From: Candidatus Falkowbacteria bacterium RIFCSPLOWO2_12_FULL_45_13
Lineage (GTDB): Bacteria > Patescibacteriota > Patescibacteriia > Patescibacteriales > GWC2-42-12
Assembly: GCA_001778055.1 (NCBI GenBank)
Contig: MFFY01000004.1
Coordinates: 1-45,346, forward strand
Length of the DNA stretch: 45,346 bases
Reading direction: 5' to 3'
A program made the translations under genes and the position numbers. Positions 37,662 to 44,791 of this stretch are shown in pieces (the stretch's first letter is position 1; every line of letters starts with the position of its first letter). The notes under the pieces were generated by a model. It searched no databases. It had not been told where the DNA came from and saw nothing but the letters and a program-made list of their open reading frames with translations.

Positions 37662-38684
37662 ATGGAACGCTTCCTCAAGAGCCGTTACCGCATTGGCGAG
37701 AACATTTCTGAAAACCCCTTTAGCGTGACTTATCAGGGCAATTTTATTGGCACCAATAAGCCGGTAATTATTAAAATTTACAAACGAGGCACCCTCAACT
37801 CTAACCTGATTAACCGCATGAAGCAAAAAGTTAAGGAGCTGTCATGCGTCACCTACCACGGCATAGCTAAATTGATAGATGGCGACTACGGCTGGCAGGG
37901 TTTTTATTATGTTCGAGAATATGTCGAAGGACAAAGCTTGCAGGAGATCCTGAACAGCAAACAGGCAATTGGCGCTGAAAAAGCTCAAGTAATTGCCATA
38001 GAAGTGTGTAAAGCGCTTGAGGTTGTTCATGCCAAGGGGATTATTCACGGAGAACTTAAACCAAGCAATGTCTTTATTAGCTCTAAAGGGATGATTAAAA
38101 TTGCTGATTTTGTAATTGAGGGAGAGATTAAAGAAGCTATGCCCCAAAAAGTCATCTCTATTATGGATAATGGTAAGTATACTTCGCCGGAGGAATTAAC
38201 AGGCAGTCCGGCCAGCGTCTCTTCAGACATCTATGCTTTGGGATTAATTATATATGAGATGCTGGTTTCATCTTTATCGATAGAAAAGGGATTGGCTGGT
38301 TCTTTAAAAAGGGTCAAGAACGCAAATCCGATAAACAAAGAAGCGTTGGCGGCCTTTCCGAGATATCTGCAGGAGATAGTGGTCAAAGCTTTGCAGCCAG
38401 ATCCGTTGCGCCGTTTTTTGAACGCAGGCGAAATCCGTGAAAGTTTGGAAAAAAGAAATATAAATGTGGCAATGATTGCCCACGAAGAATATATAAACCT
38501 TTTTGATAACACCGTTATCCGTTATGGCGAAGAAGATGAGGGTGGAGAAGCCGAATCTTTGGAAGATCTAGGCCGGGTTAAGCTTCGCTGGGGTAAGGAG
38601 AAACACCGCAACTGGATATTAGCCTATGTTCTGGCTGCTGCCATATTGTCCGGTATTTTATATGCCTTTGTGTTTGCCAGGTAA
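37662..38684 (+). CDS. Hanks-type Ser/Thr kinase-like protein with degenerate catalytic motifs and a C-terminal TM anchor (PrkC/PknB-like, probable pseudokinase or atypical kinase)
   Basis: Kinase fold motifs: VIIK (K38), EYVEGQSL, SPEE, SDIYALGLIIYEML. However, the catalytic loop is HGELKPSN (H129-G130-E131) instead of HRDLKPxN. DFG is DFV (149-151). The Gly-rich loop is IGENISENPFS. Ends in TM WILAYVLAAAILSGILYAFVF. Confidence 0.85.
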   Translation: MERFLKSRYRIGENISENPFSVTYQGNFIGTNKPVIIKIYKRGTLNSNLINRMKQKVKELSCVTYHGIAKLIDGDYGWQGFYYVREYVEGQSLQEILNSKQAIGAEKAQVIAIEVCKALEVVHAKGIIHGELKPSNVFISSKGMIKIADFVIEGEIKEAMPQKVISIMDNGKYTSPEELTGSPASVSSDIYALGLIIYEMLVSSLSIEKGLAGSLKRVKNANPINKEALAAFPRYLQEIVVKALQPDPLRRFLNAGEIRESLEKRNINVAMIAHEEYINLFDNTVIRYGEEDEGGEAESLEDLGRVKLRWGKEKHRNWILAYVLAAAILSGILYAFVFAR

Positions 38685-38688
38685 CAAG

Positions 38689-39267
38689 ATGAAAAAATAT
38701 TTACCGCTAATTATAATCTTTGCCGTAATTACGCCTGCGCTGCTGGGTTATTTCTATGCTACTTATTTTTCTGCTATTCCCGAAGTGCTAATGCCGGACT
38801 TAACAGGCAAGACCCTGGAAAAAGCGATGATAGAATTGGATTTATTAAATTTAAAAGGCCGGCATGCGGGTAATGTTTTTGATCTGAAGTATTCCGAGGG
38901 CCAGGTCGTGTCTCAGCGGCCGGAGGCGGACAGAATGGTCAAAGCGGGCAGAATCGTTAGCTTGATAACCAGCTCTGGCAGGCAAAAAGTTGCTGTGCCG
39001 AATCTCCTGGGGCGTCCCGCGGATCAGGCAGAAGCTGTGCTGGTGGCCGAAGGGCTGCTTTTGGGTGAGGCAACCAGAGATTTTGTGTCTGAGCTGGATT
39101 CAGGAATAATTCTAACTCAGAATCCTTTACCGGAAGATGAAGTGGAGATAGGCTCAAAAGTTGATATCACTGTGTCGTCGACACAAGAGATAGACCAACC
39201 CTTTAAGAGAGAAGAGAATAATGACGATAAAAAAGAGAAAGAGGGAGGGTTCTGGCCATGGCAATAA
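38689..39267 (+). CDS. Membrane-anchored protein with two PASTA domains
   Basis: ATG 38689 lies 5 nt after the kinase stop. N-terminal TM LPLIIIFAVITPALLGYFYATYF. Two PASTA-like units (MPDLTGKTLEKA...GRIVSLITSSG and VPNLLGRPADQA...GSKVDITVSS). The ORF-track start 38626 would overlap the kinase. Confidence 0.8.
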   Translation: MKKYLPLIIIFAVITPALLGYFYATYFSAIPEVLMPDLTGKTLEKAMIELDLLNLKGRHAGNVFDLKYSEGQVVSQRPEADRMVKAGRIVSLITSSGRQKVAVPNLLGRPADQAEAVLVAEGLLLGEATRDFVSELDSGIILTQNPLPEDEVEIGSKVDITVSSTQEIDQPFKREENNDDKKEKEGGFWPWQ

Positions 39268-39932
39268 AGATTGCCCCGTCTATTCTGTCGGCAGATTTTA
39301 GGAATTTGGAAGCAGCGATTAAAAGGGTGGAAAAAGACGGAGCTGACCTGATCCATATTGATGTGATGGATGGCCATTTTGTGCCAAATATTACGATTGG
39401 ACCGTTAATTGTTAAGGCAGTCCGTAAAATTACAAAATTACCGCTGGATGTCCACTTAATGATTGAAAATCCGGACAAATATATTCCGGTATTTGCGAAA
39501 GCTGGAGCGGATATCATTACTATTCACGTAGAGGCATCAAGGAATATTGGCCGAGATATAGAGTTGATGAAGGACAATAATGTTAAGTCGGGTTTAGTAG
39601 TTAATCCAGCTACGCCGGTTGATGGTGTTTTTCCATATCTTAGTCAACTTGCCATGGTGCTTCTGATGTCGGTAAATCCGGGGTTTGAGGGACAAAAGTT
39701 TATGGCGGAAGTGCTGCCGAAGATTAGAGCGTTGAGAGCTAAGATTATTGATTCTCCACATTTAAATGTGGAGAATAATAAACCACCTGATATTGAAGTT
39801 GACGGAGGCCTCAATCTTGAAACTGCGCCGGAAGTTGTTAAAGCAGGAGCCAATGTTTTAGTCGCAGGGTCGGCGATATTTTATGATAAAAATCCCGCGT
39901 CCGTGATCAAGAAGATGAAGGCTTTAAAATAA
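39258..39932 (+). CDS. rpe: Ribulose-phosphate 3-epimerase
   Basis: IAPSILSADF, HIDVMDGHFVPN, DVHLM, SVNPGF.GQ.F, EVDGG. Confidence 0.93.
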   Translation: MAIKIAPSILSADFRNLEAAIKRVEKDGADLIHIDVMDGHFVPNITIGPLIVKAVRKITKLPLDVHLMIENPDKYIPVFAKAGADIITIHVEASRNIGRDIELMKDNNVKSGLVVNPATPVDGVFPYLSQLAMVLLMSVNPGFEGQKFMAEVLPKIRALRAKIIDSPHLNVENNKPPDIEVDGGLNLETAPEVVKAGANVLVAGSAIFYDKNPASVIKKMKALK

Positions 39933-41027
39933 GTGAGCTGGACCAAAGACGACGTTGTCTTTATGCGCAAAGCACACTCCCTGGCCAAACTGGCCGAGGG
40001 GCGAACCACTCCCGATCCTATGGTGGGGGCGGTTCTGGTTAAAGGGGGTAAGATAATTTCCATGGGTTACCATGGAGAAGTTGCCACTCCGCATGCTGAG
40101 GCCTGGGCCATCCAGAAAATAGGCAAAAAGGCTGAAGGTTCAACTCTTTATCTTAATCTTGAACCATGTTCGCATTATGGCAACAACCCTCCCTGTGCCG
40201 GCCTGGTTGCCAGCTCCGGCATAAAAGAGGTCGTTGCTTCTATGAAAGATCCCAACCCTTTAGTCGATGGGCAAGGTTTTAAGTTGTTGCGAAAACATGG
40301 GGTCAAAGTAAGGGTAGGGCTGTTAGAAAAAGAAGCTGAGCGGCTAAATGAAGTATTTGTCAAATATGTGACAACCAAACGACCTTTTGTGGTTATGAAA
40401 ACTGCCATGACGATTGATGGAAAAATTGCCACGAGAACGGGCGTCAGCCGTTGGGTGGCGGGTCCAGAATCTTTGAATTTTGCTCATCATCTGCGCAATG
40501 TTTATGACGCGATTCTGGTTGGCATTAACAATGTTTTGATTGACGATCCCAGATTAACCACGCGGTTGGTTAAAAAAATTAAAAATCCTATCCGCATTGT
40601 CCTTGATGCTTACGCCAGAACACCTTTAAATGCCGCACTCTTAGGCAAAGAGGCACGTACTATTATAGTAGTGGGGCCTAACGCCCCGAACAAAAGGCTT
40701 GAGGCTTTGAAGGCTAGGGGCGTGGAAATATTAAGGATTAGAGCGCCAAAGGGGTTGGTTGATTTAGGAGATTTAATGATAAAACTTGGCGAAATGAAGA
40801 TTACCAGCTTATTGGTTGAGGGAGGGGGAGAGGTTAATGCTTCTTTCTTAGAACAAAATTTAGTTGATAAAGTTCATTTTATTATTGCGCCGAAAATTTT
40901 TGGTGGCAGGGATGCGAAAACAGGGGTTGAGGGCTTAGGTGTTAGAGTCCCAAGCCAGGCAAAATGGTTGAAAGATGTTCAAATTGATAACTTGGGGAAA
41001 GACCTGCTTCTAACTGCCTATTTGTAA
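39933..41027 (+). CDS. ribD: Bifunctional riboflavin biosynthesis protein RibD (pyrimidine deaminase / uracil reductase)
   Basis: GTG start directly after the rpe stop. Deaminase motifs HAEAWAI and LEPCSHYGNNPPC. Reductase part KTAMTIDGKIAT...LLVEGGGEV. Confidence 0.92.
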   Translation: MSWTKDDVVFMRKAHSLAKLAEGRTTPDPMVGAVLVKGGKIISMGYHGEVATPHAEAWAIQKIGKKAEGSTLYLNLEPCSHYGNNPPCAGLVASSGIKEVVASMKDPNPLVDGQGFKLLRKHGVKVRVGLLEKEAERLNEVFVKYVTTKRPFVVMKTAMTIDGKIATRTGVSRWVAGPESLNFAHHLRNVYDAILVGINNVLIDDPRLTTRLVKKIKNPIRIVLDAYARTPLNAALLGKEARTIIVVGPNAPNKRLEALKARGVEILRIRAPKGLVDLGDLMIKLGEMKITSLLVEGGGEVNASFLEQNLVDKVHFIIAPKIFGGRDAKTGVEGLGVRVPSQAKWLKDVQIDNLGKDLLLTAYL

Positions 41028-41384
41028 CGCCTCATTGATAACTTCGAGGGCGTCTTCTACAACAAATGGTTTGTTGATAATTCCGTCAACCTTGTATTCT
41101 TCGCCAACAACCTTGATGACATCCTCATTCATGCCAGTGACAAAAATAACAGGAGGCAGCTTATATTTGGATTTAATTTTTTTCAAAAACTCAAAACCGT
41201 CGAGCTTTGGCATGTTAACATCTGCCAGAATGAGATTAAAAGAGTTGGGGTCTTGAATGAAAACATTAAAACCTTCTTCGCCGTTTAGTGCAGTGCTGAC
41301 TTCAAACCCCTTATTCCTCAACATTTGAGCAACAATGTTGAGCATACTCTCCTGGTCATCAATCACTAAAATGCGTTTAGCCAT
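41010..41384 (-). CDS. Stand-alone response-regulator receiver domain (CheY-like)
   Basis: DD (VIDDQ), phospho-acceptor context LILADVNMPKLDG, VIFVTG, INKPF. No output domain. Its 3' end overlaps the ribD 3' end by 18 nt (convergent). Confidence 0.88.
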   Translation of the reverse strand: MAKRILVIDDQESMLNIVAQMLRNKGFEVSTALNGEEGFNVFIQDPNSFNLILADVNMPKLDGFEFLKKIKSKYKLPPVIFVTGMNEDVIKVVGEEYKVDGIINKPFVVEDALEVINEALQIGS

Positions 41385-41401
41385 ATAAACACATTCTACG
41401 G

Positions 41402-42721
41402 CTAAGGCAGGGGAGAGTCAAGGGAAACGCCTAAATCTGTAGGAGCACGGCCCATCCCTCTTAGGATGGACAAAGTGGTGTTGATTTGTTTTTGTATGCT
41501 TTCCTGGTTGTGAGCACGATTCGGGTAAATTGAATAGTTTTTGCTAAATTGGTGTGGAGTAACGTTTAACATTACGGAATTGGTGCCGGCCATCAAGCCT
41601 TCTTCGCGTGCTTTTGGGTGAAGTGTTTCAAATCCAGTGGTAACCAGGATTTTTGCGTTAATCGGGTCAAATAAACGAGCTATGGCAAGAGTTTTTAAGA
41701 CATCTTTAACTTCCGGATGAGGGCTTTTTGCTAAAGGGGTGCCTGGGTGAGGTAAAAACGGGCCAAAAGTATACATCTCTGTGTGTAATTTTTTAGCCAA
41801 TAGAAGATCGTTTAATATGTCCCGCCTGGTTTGGCCTGGCAGGCCAATCAATCCACCGGTAATGATCAAATAGCCAAGCCTAAATGCTTCTTCCAGGTGT
41901 TTGATTCTGGAATCAAGAGTGCGGCCAGGATGGATTTGCCGATAAATTTTCTGGTTACTGGTTTCAAACCGCATTAATAAACCCCTGGCTCCGGCTTGAT
42001 AGAGTTTTTTTAGGCCAGCCAGGCCAACTTCCCCGCAACTAATGAAAATTAAGACAGACCAACGCTCTTTTATGGTTTTGACAATCTCACAAAGCGTCTC
42101 AGCTGAATACGTCGAGTCTTCCCCGCTTTGTAAAACCAGGGTTTGAAAGCCGTATTTCTCAATGGCTTGCTTGGCTGCGTCATAAATTTCTTCTTCAGTC
42201 ATACGATAGCGCTTAATTTCTTTGTTGCTTGCCGCAATACCGCAATATTGGCAGTTTTGTGAGCAATAATTAGAGAATTCAATGATGCCATGAACGCAAC
42301 AGGAATTGCTCAGATGCTTTTGACGCAGGAAATTGGCGGTTTTAAACAGAAGCGCCAGCTCTTTTTTATCCTCAAGGTCTAAAAGATAAAGAAGGTCAGC
42401 TTCTTTTAATAGCATGTTTTCCAAAGCTTTGTCCAGAATAAAACTTAGTTTTTTATTGACGCCATATTTTTCCATGCCCACGCGAGATAAGCGTAAATCC
42501 AATTCTTGTAGTTCAAAAAAAGTTTCTTTCCAGACGGTCAGGATGGAGAGAGCTTCTGCTTCGGGGATCTTTTTGATAACAAAGCCGCCCTGGGCATAAA
42601 TGTAGTCGCCAATTTTTAGGTCATCAAGCTCATTGATCGCGGTTTTTTGCTCGCCAAAGTATTCTATGGTGGCGATTCTATCTTTTATTTTTTTAACTTG
42701 TCCGGGTATGGTGTAACACAT
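41402..42721 (-). CDS. Fusion protein: HypC/HybG/HupF-type [NiFe] chaperone domain plus a complete HydE/BioB-like radical-SAM domain
   Basis: From the ATG complementary to 42719-42721: MCYTIPGQVKKI...GDYIYAQGGFVIKKIPEAEA (HypC hallmark, including Cys2). Then IIEFSNYCSQNCQYCGI (CX3CX2C), RYRMTEEEI, VLQSGED, RFETSN, GLPGQT, GPFLPHPGTPLA. The ORF-track TTG at 42733 adds 4 residues before the MC. Confidence 0.85.
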   Translation of the reverse strand: MCYTIPGQVKKIKDRIATIEYFGEQKTAINELDDLKIGDYIYAQGGFVIKKIPEAEALSILTVWKETFFELQELDLRLSRVGMEKYGVNKKLSFILDKALENMLLKEADLLYLLDLEDKKELALLFKTANFLRQKHLSNSCCVHGIIEFSNYCSQNCQYCGIAASNKEIKRYRMTEEEIYDAAKQAIEKYGFQTLVLQSGEDSTYSAETLCEIVKTIKERWSVLIFISCGEVGLAGLKKLYQAGARGLLMRFETSNQKIYRQIHPGRTLDSRIKHLEEAFRLGYLIITGGLIGLPGQTRRDILNDLLLAKKLHTEMYTFGPFLPHPGTPLAKSPHPEVKDVLKTLAIARLFDPINAKILVTTGFETLHPKAREEGLMAGTNSVMLNVTPHQFSKNYSIYPNRAHNQESIQKQINTTLSILRGMGRAPTDLGVSLDSPLP

Positions 42722-42723
42722 TG

Positions 42724-42966
42724 TTATTCGCAATCAAATGAAACTAATCTTATCTCCCTTGTCTGGCTTGGTTCAATTGTAACCTCAGCACCTTCGGCAA
42801 TTGTGCCCTTTGAGTGTTCGGCAATATAATGGCGCAGTATTTCTTCGTTGATTTCTGTAAACGTGCCCATTCTCAAATAAATTTTGCAGATCTTTTTTGC
42901 TTCTTGCTGTTTCGCGTGTTTAAACAGGTCAGCTATTAGGTTTTTTATTAAGTGCATCTCATGCAT
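42724..42966 (-). CDS. HypA-like nickel metallochaperone lacking the zinc-finger domain (80 aa)
   Basis: Start at the ATG complementary to 42964-42966, with GGGAGG upstream, gives MHEMHLIKNLI..., the MHE Ni-binding N-terminus. It aligns through ...AEGAEVTIEP, then jumps to the C-terminal strand EIRLVSFDCE. No CxxC pairs are present. Confidence 0.65.
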   Translation of the reverse strand: MHEMHLIKNLIADLFKHAKQQEAKKICKIYLRMGTFTEINEEILRHYIAEHSKGTIAEGAEVTIEPSQTREIRLVSFDCE

Positions 42967-43002
42967 TTTACTTGCCTCCCGAATGACACCCCGGACTAAA
43001 GT

Positions 43003-43022
43003 CCCCACATTTTAATGTGGGG
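43003..43022 (-). promoter_or_regulatory. Intercistronic perfect hairpin between the endopeptidase and hypA-like genes
   Basis: ccccacat (43003-43010), loop ttta, atgtgggg (43015-43022). No U-tract on the coding (minus) strand, so it is more likely an mRNA processing or stability element than a terminator. Confidence 0.4.
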
Positions 43023-43025
43023 TCG

Positions 43026-43484
43026 CTATCTTTCCAAGATTGTACTGGTGATTTCATCCACAATTTTTTTAACCTCCGGGCTTAAGCCCTCTCCCCAACC
43101 AACATTTTTTGGTTGTACGCCCAGAAAATATACCGTAGCTTTGGTGTCTTCCTCAATGACCCTGGCAATTATTTTTAAAGGGAAGGCGTGGGTGCTCAAG
43201 GTTGTGTCCGGGATGTGTTCGTTGGGTATTATCCGCGTTGCCCCAGCCTCCCCTCCAAAATCAGCCGCGTCAATAATTACCACTTTCTTTGGTTTTTTTG
43301 AAACCGCTTCTTCAATAATATTTTCCGGTTTGTTGCCCGCATTAATAATTGGACATTGGATATTGGAAATTCGACATTTCTTAAAGATGTGGGGACCAAG
43401 TCCGTCGTCAGAGCGCAAATCGTTGCCAACTGTGATTATTAATTCAGCGGTTTGGAGTAAATTTTTAAGGTCAGCGGTTAACAA
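43026..43484 (-). CDS. [NiFe]-hydrogenase maturation endopeptidase (HycI/HoxW/FrhD family)
   Basis: ITVGNDLRSDDGLGPHI, IIDAADFG, LSTHAFPL. Overlaps the large-subunit 3' end by 14 nt. Confidence 0.88.
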   Translation of the reverse strand: MLTADLKNLLQTAELIITVGNDLRSDDGLGPHIFKKCRISNIQCPIINAGNKPENIIEEAVSKKPKKVVIIDAADFGGEAGATRIIPNEHIPDTTLSTHAFPLKIIARVIEEDTKATVYFLGVQPKNVGWGEGLSPEVKKIVDEITSTILER

Positions 43485-44781
43485 ACTTCACGTCCAGGAA
43501 GTGAGCCGAGCAGGAGAGGCATGGGTCGTAGGCTCGAATTAACATTTCCAGGGCCAACGTGATCTCTTCGTCTGTTTTGTTAAGGATTTCCGGCACGAGC
43601 TTTTTCATGTCGTGTTCCATATTGTTAATGTTTTGGCCGGTTGGAATAATACAATTGGCTTTTGCTATGATCCCCTTGTCGTCAACCTCATAATTGTGGT
43701 AAAGAATCCCGCGGGGGACCTCAACCGCGCCAACGCCAGAGCCGGCTTTGACCGGGATCATTTTGTTTTCGTTGAGGCCGACTACGATCGCTTCGTCATG
43801 ATTAATGCCTGTTTGTTTAAGTGTCTCAATAATAGCGATTGAATCTTCGAGAGAGTGGATACATTCAATTAATTGAGCCGCGGTGTTTAAGTATGGATTA
43901 ATACACTTTGGCTTGAGGCCGATAGCTTGAGCCGCTGCTTTGGCTTTGGGATGAAGCTTGTCAGCATTCAAGTTAAATCTGGCCAGGGCGCCTACGGCAA
44001 AAGAATCGCGGCTTAATTTACAATGTTTGGCGCTTGAATGCGGGACAACAAATTCGTTGGTCAGTACTTTATATTCTTTCTTGTTTTTTCTTATTCCATC
44101 AGTTGAGCCGACATCTCCCATTAACATCGGGTATTCATTGTTGTCGCTGACCAGGGCAACATACTCGGTGTCTCTTGCAAAAGCTGGAAATTTTAAGGTT
44201 GCAGCCAGCCCAACAGTAGCGTCCATGTCTGGCTTCAGGCCGTTTAACAGGTGAAGCATGTCGTCCAGGGCTTTTTCTGTCGGTAATTTTGTGAATCCAC
44301 CGACAATTGATGAAATAGGATGCACATGTCGCCCAACCAAAACGTCACAAACATCGTTGCAAGTCTTTTTCATGCGCAGAGCGCGGCGCACGACCGTATT
44401 ATGGCTGTTAATTAAGGGGACAAAGCTTTTTACCCCGAGTAAATCAGGGGCAACCAGGAGATAGATGTGTAGGATGTGGCTGTCCAGGTTCTCCAGATGG
44501 AGCAAGAGCTTTCTTAATTTTATTGTTTGCTCTGATGGAATAAATCCAATCGCATCTTCAGCCGCCTGGATCGAGGCCAGGGTGTGGCCGCAGGCGCAGA
44601 TCCCGCAGATCCTTGAAGTAATGTGCTGTGCCTCAAAGATTGATCTTCCTTGGAGCATCCCTTCAAAAAAACGAGGAGCTTCGACAATTTGTAGCTGGCA
44701 GGTTTCTAATTTGCCTTCTTTAACATTAACAACGATATTGCCATGCCCTTCAACTCTGGTTAAATATTCTACATTAACCAT
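43471..44781 (-). CDS. [NiFe]-hydrogenase large subunit, cytoplasmic group-3 type
   Basis: TRVEGHG near the N-terminus. L1 RICGICACGHTLAS. C-terminal DPCLSCSAHF. Start chosen at the ATG complementary to 44779-44781 (MVNVEYLTRVEGHG). ATG 44808 and GTG 44817 are alternatives. Confidence 0.93.
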   Translation of the reverse strand: MVNVEYLTRVEGHGNIVVNVKEGKLETCQLQIVEAPRFFEGMLQGRSIFEAQHITSRICGICACGHTLASIQAAEDAIGFIPSEQTIKLRKLLLHLENLDSHILHIYLLVAPDLLGVKSFVPLINSHNTVVRRALRMKKTCNDVCDVLVGRHVHPISSIVGGFTKLPTEKALDDMLHLLNGLKPDMDATVGLAATLKFPAFARDTEYVALVSDNNEYPMLMGDVGSTDGIRKNKKEYKVLTNEFVVPHSSAKHCKLSRDSFAVGALARFNLNADKLHPKAKAAAQAIGLKPKCINPYLNTAAQLIECIHSLEDSIAIIETLKQTGINHDEAIVVGLNENKMIPVKAGSGVGAVEVPRGILYHNYEVDDKGIIAKANCIIPTGQNINNMEHDMKKLVPEILNKTDEEITLALEMLIRAYDPCLSCSAHFLDVKFVNR

Positions 44782-44791
44782 TACGTTTCTT

